This document shows positions 56,618 through 64,000 of a DNA stretch of 64,000 nt, one piece after another. Numbering within the stretch: the stretch's first letter is position 1; each line of letters begins with the position of its first letter. This stretch comes from Verrucomicrobiia bacterium (lineage in GTDB: Bacteria; Patescibacteriota; Saccharimonadia; Saccharimonadales; Saccharimonadaceae), in the NCBI GenBank assembly GCA_035629335.1, contig DASPIB010000001.1, positions 674,473-738,472 of the forward strand. Direction: 5' to 3'. Position numbers and translations under genes: made by a program. The notes under the pieces are model-generated. The model was not told the DNA's origin. It did not search any database and saw only the letters and a list, made by a program, of their open reading frames with translations.

Positions 56618-57709
56618 TCACACCAGAGCCGGGAGCGGGCTCGAGGTGGTGATGGTGTTCAGGATCTCTGCAAGTAGGGGCCGGAACTGTTCGTTCGCAA
56701 AACCATCCACCAAGAATCGTGGCGGCTGGTTGTCGTCGGCTTCGCCCAGATCGATCTCTCCCCAACGGTCCTCTTCGTGCGGCAAGTGCGGTACATGCGC
56801 AATGCCAACTGGCGAAACAGTGTAGTGACCAATTCGGTCGTGACCGTCACGCGAATAGCGCAAGTGATGCATGGGGACGTCACGCAGCAGTTGGTCCATA
56901 AACACTGCCGGATGAATATCGTGCAAATGAGCAGGAATCGACGGCGTTCGGCCTCCCCACATCACCGGCCACGCCTGACGGTACATCGCCGTTAGTTCTT
57001 GGGCAGCACTTGAGTCCGAGAGGGCGGCAATTTCATCCGCGCCGCCAAAAGCCAACTCGGGTGCCTTCGTCACATCGGTTGGAATGAAGTAAAAAGGCCC
57101 GGCATAGTGCAGCAGCACATCGCGCGCTGCCGCCGGATCTGCCAACGCATTGAACTGACGGCGACCACCAGCCAGTACCTTGACATCAGGATTGATGCCA
57201 AACATGCCAAGCTGTGCTACCGCCACGCCGAGCTTGTGCATCAGCATCGGGTGCCGCATTAGGTAGGCAACATCGGTGAGCGGGCCGCCGCAAATGACAT
57301 GGATCGTTTCGTCGAACGACGCCAGGTAGACGACCGCGTCGGTAATGTCACCCTTCAGCTCGTGGCCAGCATGCGAATCGTCAAACACATCCGTGACGCG
57401 TTCGTGAATGTGCAGGTCGTGAGGCACCGTTGAATAAGGCGCCAAGCCGCCAGAAAAAACTGGCACACGCTCGCCGCCATGACGCATGAGAATGCCCTTA
57501 GCGTGCAGGGCGTTATCGCGCCGAACGGCTCGCGAAGCATGCGGGTTAAGCTCGTACGGCTTGGCTTTAGGCACGGTCGAAACCGGCCGACCGGTCATGA
57601 TTACCGCAACCAGCTCGTAGCACATCGTCGCCGATAGTGCTGCCAGTAGTGCGGCGTAGTTGTCGGGGTCGGGTCCGTCAATGACCAAAACAACCTTGGA
57701 TTTTTTCAA
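56618..57709 (-). CDS. nucleoside hydrolase-like protein (IUNH family, divergent Asp cluster)
   Basis: VVLVIDGPDPDNYAALLAAL versus canonical DxDxxxDD; ICGGPLTDVAYL versus GPLTN; TTG start with GGGAGGA SD. Confidence 0.55.
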   Translation of the reverse strand: MKKSKVVLVIDGPDPDNYAALLAALSATMCYELVAVIMTGRPVSTVPKAKPYELNPHASRAVRRDNALHAKGILMRHGGERVPVFSGGLAPYSTVPHDLHIHERVTDVFDDSHAGHELKGDITDAVVYLASFDETIHVICGGPLTDVAYLMRHPMLMHKLGVAVAQLGMFGINPDVKVLAGGRRQFNALADPAAARDVLLHYAGPFYFIPTDVTKAPELAFGGADEIAALSDSSAAQELTAMYRQAWPVMWGGRTPSIPAHLHDIHPAVFMDQLLRDVPMHHLRYSRDGHDRIGHYTVSPVGIAHVPHLPHEEDRWGEIDLGEADDNQPPRFLVDGFANEQFRPLLAEILNTITTSSPLPALV

Positions 57710-57812
57710 TGTTCCTCCCTAAAATAGGATCCTGCATCATGTATTACACCATATAACTTGTAGAAATCCAAATGGATTTTAGAATATTGAATGAAAGCGA
57801 CCAACCAATTTA

Positions 57813-57821
57813 TGCTAGGAT
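57813..57821 (+). promoter_or_regulatory. extended -10 box TGcTAGGAT, leaderless-type
   Basis: Ends 6 nt before ATG 57828. Confidence 0.45.
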
Positions 57822-57827
57822 ATTGGC

Positions 57828-59024
57828 ATGCGTATTTGCATTGTTAATGACTATTCAATCGAGCATATTGGCGGCGCGGTGTCTTCAATGTTTGAGCAAA
57901 AAAAGGCACTTGAAGCGGCCGGACACAGCGTCACTATTCTGCAACTTGGGAACCGACCTAAATCAACCGTTTTTGACCTTAACGGCGTGATTTTTATTGA
58001 GCCGAGCTTTACGCTGCCGCGAAGTTTATATGATTTACCGATGTTACTGTCTACCCCTGAAAATCTTGAGAAACTTCGCGCCATACTAAAAGAACAGCGG
58101 CCTGATGTAATTCATTTGCAATCCGAAATGAGCTTGGCACGAATGACCCAGCGACTAGCAAAAGAACTGGGAGTCCCTAGCGTTTACACCGTGCATACTT
58201 TTTTCTGGCAATATAAAGGTATTGTAAAAGCACCAACCGCCTGGTTTCTCCGCAATGCGCTCGAGCTGGTCTTTCGACAGCCACTGCATCTAGGGACGCC
58301 AGAAGGTAATGTTGTAGAAAAAACCTTAAAAGATATTACGCTTTCTGCTGCCGAAGCCGCCCAAGCGGTGATTTCGCCCTCTGCTCACCAGCGCGACACC
58401 ATGCTGCGGGCAGGGCTACGAACACCGTGCTACGTGGTATCTAACCCGTTTGCTTCAAGCGGCAGCGTGCCCGCTACGCCTGTGAGCAATAACCCTCAAG
58501 CCTTACGGATACTGTGGATAGGCCGCTGTGAGCCAGAAAAACGGCCGCTCGAATTTATTGAAGCCATCAAACTCGCAAGCACCCACACCAAGGCGCCCTT
58601 TACCGTTGATTTTATCGGGGAAGGCAGCCTGCTGGACGACATGAAACAACGCGCCACAATGCAAGGCGTCACTTTTCATGGCAAGAAAACCCACACCGAC
58701 ACCGTCGCGCTTATCGATACCGCCGATATAACCGTCCTGTCGTCGTACCACTTCGACAATCAACCAATGACGGTCGTTGAAAGCATTACGCGCTTTCGGC
58801 CGGTGCTGTACTGCGACGAGCTATTGAGCGATGAAATTGGCAAGGCAGGATACCGCAGCGACGGCCCATCGCCTGAGGCCATGGCAAAAGCAATTGTTGC
58901 GCTAGCTGAAGATCGCCGCAAGGTGGTCGAGCTTTCGCGACACGCCCAAAAACAAGCCCAGTTATTCAGCCGCGAACATTTTGCGCAAAAAATGAGCCAG
59001 ATTTACGGCTCAATACGCTTATGA
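57828..59024 (+). CDS. glycosyltransferase family 4 (GT-B fold)
   Basis: MRICIVNDYSIEHIGGAV N-terminus; GT1/GT4-type C-terminal half (RILWIGRCEPEKRP...). Confidence 0.85.
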   Translation: MRICIVNDYSIEHIGGAVSSMFEQKKALEAAGHSVTILQLGNRPKSTVFDLNGVIFIEPSFTLPRSLYDLPMLLSTPENLEKLRAILKEQRPDVIHLQSEMSLARMTQRLAKELGVPSVYTVHTFFWQYKGIVKAPTAWFLRNALELVFRQPLHLGTPEGNVVEKTLKDITLSAAEAAQAVISPSAHQRDTMLRAGLRTPCYVVSNPFASSGSVPATPVSNNPQALRILWIGRCEPEKRPLEFIEAIKLASTHTKAPFTVDFIGEGSLLDDMKQRATMQGVTFHGKKTHTDTVALIDTADITVLSSYHFDNQPMTVVESITRFRPVLYCDELLSDEIGKAGYRSDGPSPEAMAKAIVALAEDRRKVVELSRHAQKQAQLFSREHFAQKMSQIYGSIRL

Positions 59025-59723
59025 GATAGTTGTGCCAATCGTTTCGCCACGAACCGCCCGGGCAATATTGCCCTGAGTCAACAGATCAAAAATTATCACC
59101 GGCTGGTCTTGTTCCATAGCCAGACCAAGCGCGGCTTTATCCATCACTTTAATGTCTTCGTTTTCAACAGCTTGCTGAAAGGTGAGCGACGGGTACTTTT
59201 CAGCCTCCGGAAACTTTGCTGGGTCCTGGCTGTAGACGCCATCAACCTTAGTGGCTTTTAAAATCACGTCGCAATCGAGCTCAAGCGCCAAGCTCACCGC
59301 TGCGGTATCGGTGGTAAGGTATGGCCGGCCAATGCCGCCAGCCACAATCACCACGCGGTGCTTATTTAAGTGGCTGATTGCCCGGCGGTGAGTAAATTGG
59401 TCGGCAACTTGGCTGGCCTCAATATTAGTGAGCGCCCGAGCCGGCACGCCAGTATATTCAAACACGTCGGCTAGCGCCAAGGCGTTCATCATGGTACCCA
59501 GCATGCCAATATTATCAGCCGTCACTCGTTCGATGCCGTGGCCCACCAATTGCGCGCCACGGGCGTAATTGCCGCCACCCACCATAATTACCACTTGTAC
59601 ATCATCACGCAGCACCGGCCGCAATTCATTTGCAATCCAGGCAGCGCGCTCGGCGTCAAAACCACCAGAAAACTTGCCCTGTAATTGTTCGCCCGAAAGC
59701 TTTAGAAGAATACGTTTATACAT
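59019..59723 (-). CDS. pyrH: UMP kinase
   Basis: MYKRILLKLSGE, VGGGNYARG, TTDTAA; ATG 59723 supported by a TATACT box 6 nt upstream and by the family N-terminus. Confidence 0.93.
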   Translation of the reverse strand: MYKRILLKLSGEQLQGKFSGGFDAERAAWIANELRPVLRDDVQVVIMVGGGNYARGAQLVGHGIERVTADNIGMLGTMMNALALADVFEYTGVPARALTNIEASQVADQFTHRRAISHLNKHRVVIVAGGIGRPYLTTDTAAVSLALELDCDVILKATKVDGVYSQDPAKFPEAEKYPSLTFQQAVENEDIKVMDKAALGLAMEQDQPVIIFDLLTQGNIARAVRGETIGTTIS

Positions 59724-59729
59724 GGCCTC

Positions 59730-59735
59730 AGTATA
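59730..59735 (-). promoter_or_regulatory. -10 box TATACT, leaderless-type
   Basis: Ends 6 nt before ATG 59723. Confidence 0.5.
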
Positions 59736-59765
59736 CCCCATAAAAACCCGATTCATTAAAACGCG

Positions 59766-59797
59766 CCAAAAAGATTGCCAAGGATAATCCTTGGCAA
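59766..59797 (-). terminator. rho-independent terminator (minus strand)
   Basis: ttgccaagga/tccttggcaa stem; on the minus strand followed by TCTTTTT. Confidence 0.6.
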
Positions 59798-59806
59798 AAT
59801 GCGCCG

Positions 59807-60103
59807 TTACGCTTGTCCGTACCTTTCGATAAACACCGTGTATGCTGGATCATTCGTCACGCTATTAGGCACATCCTCCTTATTGAGAACTTCGTAGAAG
59901 GACACACCGGGCGGTACGTTAGATCGCAGGCGTTCTTCAAAGGCATCGGCAGTTTCCAGGTCCAAAACAAAGACATAGCAATCTGGCCCCTCATCAAAAA
60001 TCAGCTGGCTGGCTTTACTGCCAAGTATATTATTTATACCACGAAGAATTTCAGAGACCTCTCGCTTAGGAAGCTCGTTCAACTTAAAACGAAAAATCTG
60101 CAC
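59807..60103 (-). CDS. hypothetical protein
   Basis: 98-aa ORF, GTG start with AAGGAG SD. Confidence 0.5.
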   Translation of the reverse strand: MQIFRFKLNELPKREVSEILRGINNILGSKASQLIFDEGPDCYVFVLDLETADAFEERLRSNVPPGVSFYEVLNKEDVPNSVTNDPAYTVFIERYGQA

Positions 60104-60189
60104 CAGCCGCTCCTTGTCTTTTGCTTGAACCTTCTTACTATACGATATGGGTTCGATAAGTGGAAGTCGGCAGATAAGCGAAGATCAGG

Positions 60190-60195
60190 TATAAT
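60190..60195 (+). promoter_or_regulatory. -10 box TATAAT, leaderless-type
   Basis: Ends 7 nt before ATG 60203. Confidence 0.5.
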
Positions 60196-60202
60196 TGTGT
60201 GG

Positions 60203-60673
60203 ATGATAAAAAAGAAAAAGTCCTCGCCCGGCGCCATTCTAAACCGCCGCGCCCGGTTTGACTACCAGCTCGGCGATGAATTATCGGCCGGCATCGAGCT
60301 CACCGGCCCCGAAGTACGTGCCGCCCGCGACGGCCACGTACAGCTTAAAGGCGCCTTTATATCGGTGAAGGGTGGAGAATTGTGGCTGTCAAACGCCAGC
60401 TTTAGCGTAAAGCCAGCGCTGCTGAAATCTGGCGAACAACGAACCGTTGATACCCGCCCACGTCGACTGCTTTTACACCGCAAACAAATTGATGAATTAA
60501 TTGACCGCCGGCAATCCGGCTTTAGCATCGTACCCTTACGGCTATTAACGAGTAGCCGGTTTATTAAAGTAGTGATTTCGCTTGGAAAAGGGAAGAAAAA
60601 TTACGACAAGCGCGAAACCATTAAACGCCGTGATCAAGAGCGGGAGGCAAAGCGGGAGATCAAGCTGAAATAG
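60203..60673 (+). CDS. smpB: SsrA-binding protein SmpB
   Basis: NRRARFDYQL, GIELTGPEV, LLLHRKQIDEL, basic C-terminal tail; 156 aa; the ORF-track upstream extension from 59813 is antisense to the neighbouring gene. Confidence 0.93.
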   Translation: MIKKKKSSPGAILNRRARFDYQLGDELSAGIELTGPEVRAARDGHVQLKGAFISVKGGELWLSNASFSVKPALLKSGEQRTVDTRPRRLLLHRKQIDELIDRRQSGFSIVPLRLLTSSRFIKVVISLGKGKKNYDKRETIKRRDQEREAKREIKLK

Positions 60674-60708
60674 CAATTTAGATTAGACATGTTTTGATCA
60701 GCAGATTG

Positions 60709-60737
60709 TTGACATTTTATGTATTTTATAGTATATT
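60709..60737 (+). promoter_or_regulatory. canonical promoter TTGACA-17 nt-TATATT
   Basis: -35 at 60709-60714, -10 at 60732-60737; about 90-nt leader to ATG 60831. Confidence 0.55.
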
Positions 60738-60830
60738 ATTTGTGATGCGAGCGCTCATGCCGGCACCCGTTGCCCATGTAGACGCTCGTCGTTATTTAAC
60801 ATTGTTTCACTCTATACCAAGAAGGTGGTC

Positions 60831-62444
60831 ATGACCGCAACGATTCACCCCGTTCAGTCGCACACACTGACTTTGCCGTGGGTCACCAAAGTGACTCAAG
60901 GTTTTGTCTACTGCGATGAAATGCGCGAGGCGGTATCGCTGGCCCTTGTGGCTGGCGTTAACTTGATCTTCAGCGGAGACGGCGGGCACGCCAAGTCCGA
61001 ATTTCTCGATGCCGTTTTCCGCTCCATTAAGGGCCAAGAGACGTACATCAAGAGCTTCGGTCAAGGCACAAGCGCCGAAGACCTGTTCGGTGGTCTCGAC
61101 CTTGACGCAATCAACCGCGCCGTCGGTGCCACCATGCAGTACAAGCACGAGTTCAGTTTCCTGAACCATTACATCGCTATTTTCGAGGAACTGTTTGACG
61201 CTCCCCCGCGAGTGCTGGCTTACCTCAAGGATACACTGACGGCAAAGGAGCTGCGCAACGGTCACCAGCGTGTCAAAATGAAGACCCGCGTGATCGCTGC
61301 CGCCACCAACCACTCTCCCCAGGAGATTGCCGAAGCTGGACGGGATATCGAGGCGCTGATCCAGCGCTTCCCAATCCAGCTCGAGGTAAAGTGGCCAGCG
61401 TATGGCAAGGATAACTTCATGGAACTCTTTGCGGCCGTGTTCGGTCGCGAAGAGGTAGAGTCTGGCGTCACGTGGTCGGATGTCGAGACGCTGCAACGAC
61501 AGGCAAAGGCGACGAAGGTGAGTGTCGGCATCCAACGCATGACGGCTCAGATCGTAGAGGAGCTGATCAGGGACAAGGCAAGAATCTCCCCGCGTACAGC
61601 AGTAGTAGCAGTGCAGCTTGCGCAAGCCGCCGCGACGATCAACGGACGAAATCGTGTCGTACCGGCAGACCTCAAGGCAATGGCCTACCTGCCGGGCATT
61701 TTTCACCTGCGCAAGCGGATTAACCAGCTCATCAATGAGTTCGCCGCTTCCATCGAAGCAGAAGAGAAGCTCGACCAGGCCGAGCTGGATCTGACCAACC
61801 TTGTCACTAAGTTCAAGAGGGCGACCGATGGCGCGGAACTTCAGAGGATTTCCACAGAGGCAAATCGCATTGCTGAACGCATTCACGCGGTGGCCGTTCC
61901 GGAGACGTTGCTCGATCGACGACGTCACCTGTACGATTCCGCTCACTCGCTAGTCGGTGAGGCGGGCGACAACCAGACGCGCATCGAGCTCAACAAGCTT
62001 GAGGCGGACCTACTGGAACTACAGTACAAGCTCGGGGATGGCAAGTCCATTCCTGAGTACGAGCAGATCAGCAGTGAAGCTCGCGCCATCCTCGAAGATG
62101 CTTCGAACCTGCCGACCTACGGCATGCACACCGAAGCCCAGGCTGAGAGGATCGTTAGCGACGCTCAATCCCTGCTGTGGCTCGCCGAAGAAGAACTGCA
62201 AAAGGCTCGCCAAAAGGCGAGCACCGACGAGAACAGCCGGCGCCTGAAGGAGCTGGCCCCGCAAGTCGAAAAAATTGGCAAGCGGCTCAGTCGTTCCATT
62301 TCCGAGGCAGAAAAGCGGCAGCTTTTGGGAGAACTCGTTGTCATTCGACTCGAAATCTCACACATGTTGCGCCACCCCAGCTTGAATGCAAGTCAAGACG
62401 CCATCCTGAGCAAGATCATGGTCATCCAGCGCAATAACCGCTAG
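60831..62444 (+). CDS. MoxR-like AAA+ ATPase with divergent Walker motifs and long C-terminal coiled-coil
   Basis: NLIFSGDGGHAKSEFL (Walker A-like), IAIFEELFDAPPRVLAYLKDTL (Walker B region), RVIAAATNHSP, ALIQRFPIQLEV; residues ~300-537 are heptad-like E/L/K/R/Q-rich. Confidence 0.75.
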   Translation: MTATIHPVQSHTLTLPWVTKVTQGFVYCDEMREAVSLALVAGVNLIFSGDGGHAKSEFLDAVFRSIKGQETYIKSFGQGTSAEDLFGGLDLDAINRAVGATMQYKHEFSFLNHYIAIFEELFDAPPRVLAYLKDTLTAKELRNGHQRVKMKTRVIAAATNHSPQEIAEAGRDIEALIQRFPIQLEVKWPAYGKDNFMELFAAVFGREEVESGVTWSDVETLQRQAKATKVSVGIQRMTAQIVEELIRDKARISPRTAVVAVQLAQAAATINGRNRVVPADLKAMAYLPGIFHLRKRINQLINEFAASIEAEEKLDQAELDLTNLVTKFKRATDGAELQRISTEANRIAERIHAVAVPETLLDRRRHLYDSAHSLVGEAGDNQTRIELNKLEADLLELQYKLGDGKSIPEYEQISSEARAILEDASNLPTYGMHTEAQAERIVSDAQSLLWLAEEELQKARQKASTDENSRRLKELAPQVEKIGKRLSRSISEAEKRQLLGELVVIRLEISHMLRHPSLNASQDAILSKIMVIQRNNR

Positions 62445-62453
62445 GGGGAATTC

Positions 62454-63776
62454 ATGCGCTACACGCAAGATCCCGCGCACTTCATACCTCCCACCGAAGC
62501 CACCGTCAAGCACATCGCACGACGAGAGAGCCTGGGCGAGCTCACCGAAATGGAGTTCGACTTCGTCTGGGACTTGCTTGCGAAGACTGCTGGTGCTGAA
62601 ATTCGTCCGTTCGACGAGATCGAGGCGCAGGCCGAAACCGCCGTTCACGCAATGAGCGAGGCACAGGCATTTCTGGCTCGAAACAGCAACAAGAATACCC
62701 CCGAGTGGGTAATTATTGAAAGCTTCGAGCGAGACCTGCATCTATACCAGCATCAGCTTTACGACGCACTTGTGGAAGTGGACCTCAACCAATTGCCCGG
62801 CTACAACAAGCCAACGCAGGCCGTGCGCCTGTTGTGGCTGTTCAGGGCCATGCAGCGGTTGTGGGTGTTGCGGATTCTTCAAATCGCCGTCGAGCTAAGT
62901 TTCATCGAAGCTCTCGCCGGTGCATTCAAGAAGATTGACGCTCTAAGCGAGCAAGATATCGAGATGCTGGAAGCGTTTGTCGGCGGCAATGAGCCCAACG
63001 AAGAAGCACTTCTTCTCGGGCTCGAGCTGACGATGAGCGGCCTCCAAGTTGACGAGATGCTTCGTATCGGGCGTAAGCTCAGCGAGCTGAGCGAACTCCA
63101 CGGTCAAAGCAAGCTCACGCCAGACCCAAACGGCGAAGAGGTGGTGCTGCGAGACATCAAAGAACTAAGCGAACTGGGCCGGGCGGCACAAGCTGCCTGG
63201 GCCCTTCCGAAGCAGCTGCGCATACAGCGTGCTGTTTCTGGTGAGTTGCCCGTGCGCGAATCGCGCACTCGGCGCACCCAGAAGCAGCTGCTGTTCATGG
63301 TAGTTGACGGATCTAGATCGATGCTTCACGATGGACGTCTCGGCGCTAGTCGAGCTGCGGGCATCGTCATGAATCGCCTTCGGGCGGTTATTGATGGCGA
63401 CGCCGAGCTGTACCTGCGCTTCTTCGATGGCGCATTACGTGAAGAAGAGTTTCACGCTGACTCACCCGAGTCGGCCCGAGAGCTGATGCGGATCGTCAGT
63501 GATCCTGCTCAGTACATGGGATACACCACCGAGTTCACGGGGACACTGACAGCAGCTAGCAAACGCTCTGAAGAAATCGTGGGTGACCGCGATCTTCGCG
63601 ACCCAGAGATCGTCTTCATTACTGACGGCCAGGCAACCGTGCCTTCGCTGTCGGTAGTGAACGGCAAGCTCCTTCACGCCTTCCAGGTTGGCGTGTCAGA
63701 GAATTCTGATCTTACCAACCTGGCCCGTCAGTCGGGTGGCATTGGCGCCTACCTCGGCTTGCAGGACTGGAAGTAG
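62454..63776 (+). CDS. VWA-domain protein (ViaA/CbbO/NorD-like partner of a MoxR ATPase)
   Basis: C-terminal VWA with MIDAS LLFMVVDGSRSM and IVFITDGQAT; helical ~270-aa N-terminal region; GGGGGA SD; 9 nt after the AAA+ stop. Confidence 0.75.
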   Translation: MRYTQDPAHFIPPTEATVKHIARRESLGELTEMEFDFVWDLLAKTAGAEIRPFDEIEAQAETAVHAMSEAQAFLARNSNKNTPEWVIIESFERDLHLYQHQLYDALVEVDLNQLPGYNKPTQAVRLLWLFRAMQRLWVLRILQIAVELSFIEALAGAFKKIDALSEQDIEMLEAFVGGNEPNEEALLLGLELTMSGLQVDEMLRIGRKLSELSELHGQSKLTPDPNGEEVVLRDIKELSELGRAAQAAWALPKQLRIQRAVSGELPVRESRTRRTQKQLLFMVVDGSRSMLHDGRLGASRAAGIVMNRLRAVIDGDAELYLRFFDGALREEEFHADSPESARELMRIVSDPAQYMGYTTEFTGTLTAASKRSEEIVGDRDLRDPEIVFITDGQATVPSLSVVNGKLLHAFQVGVSENSDLTNLARQSGGIGAYLGLQDWK

Positions 63777-63793
63777 AGTGAAACAACCCTAAA

Positions 63794-63829
63794 GGGGCGT
63801 GCTGCTGCATCACTGCAGCAGCACGCCCC
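63794..63829 (+). terminator. strong hairpin ending the AAA+/VWA operon
   Basis: 16-bp perfect stem ggggcgtgctgctgca/tgcagcagcacgcccc, 4-nt loop; no U-run. Confidence 0.55.
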
Positions 63830-63913
63830 ACTACTCTCTATATCTGTGCGGATATACTGACGAGTCCAAAAGGACGAAAGAGTAAGTTTAACAGCTGGCT
63901 TTCCGCCAAAGTC

Positions 63914-63922
63914 TGCTAGAAT
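63914..63922 (+). promoter_or_regulatory. extended -10 box TGcTAGAAT
   Basis: About 43 nt upstream of ATG 63966. Confidence 0.4.
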
Positions 63923-63965
63923 ATACCTACCAAAAGCAGGCAACCTTAAGCAGTGAGGCGGAATT

Positions 63966-64000
63966 ATGATCAAGCAAAACACCGGAAAAGACATACTAAT
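63966..64000 (+). CDS. 5' end of an unidentified CDS (truncated by the window edge)
   Basis: ATG preceded by GTGAGGCGG SD; only 11 codons visible (MIKQNTGKDIL). Confidence 0.3.
   Translation, partial: MIKQNTGKDIL

Noticed and set aside
59019-59024. Convergent overlap of the pyrH and GT4 stop codons (TTATGA)
   Set aside because: A 6-nt tail-to-tail overlap is a trivial consequence of genome compaction. No additional structure is seen.
60807-61946. 379-aa ORF on the minus strand
   Set aside because: It lies entirely antisense to the AAA+ gene, whose plus-frame carries ordered MoxR motifs. The minus translation is R/L/C/H-rich and shadow-like, with no SD or promoter.

Overview
Dense 64-kb chromosomal segment with about 80 protein-coding ORFs on both strands. 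I found no rRNA, tRNA, CRISPR array, transposase or integrase by eye. Recognisable core genes: a complete F1Fo ATP synthase operon (atpI-like, then atpBEFHAGDC; minus strand, 38479-45042), pyrH, smpB, a CCA-adding enzyme, dus, mpg, cobO, a secreted thermonuclease, a UvrD/AddA-like helicase-nuclease, an ABC-F ATPase, a TRAM-domain RNA methyltransferase, YajQ, a type IV pilin, two GT4 glycosyltransferases, two NUDIX hydrolases, two alpha/beta hydrolases, a Crp/Fnr regulator and an NhaD/ArsB-type transporter. Roughly half of the ORFs have no motif I can recognise. The gene content (pilin, a giant wall-anchored-looking surface protein, nucleic-acid salvage enzymes, few biosynthetic genes, many small orphan ORFs) fits a reduced-genome, Gram-positive-type or CPR/Saccharibacteria-like bacterium. 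That taxonomic guess is inference only. Most interesting observations: (1) the exact extended -10 nonamer TGCTACACT recurs five times, each time correctly oriented upstream of a gene. (2) At 18 genes a -10 box ends only 5-10 nt before the ATG, which implies leaderless mRNAs. (3) A perfect TGTGA-N6-TCACA CRP box lies next to the Crp-family gene. (4) A self-contained MoxR-like AAA+/VWA two-gene cassette has deviant Walker motifs and a coiled-coil tail. (5) A DEAH helicase, a double zinc-ribbon protein and an acidic protein form an operon in an orphan-rich region. (6) A 57-aa protein with 10 cysteines looks metallothionein-like. (7) Three small autonomous transcription units lie between the UvrD-like gene and dus. 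(8) One well-signalled ORF is interrupted by TAG at codon 4. All functional calls come from motif recognition in the supplied translations; no database search was run.
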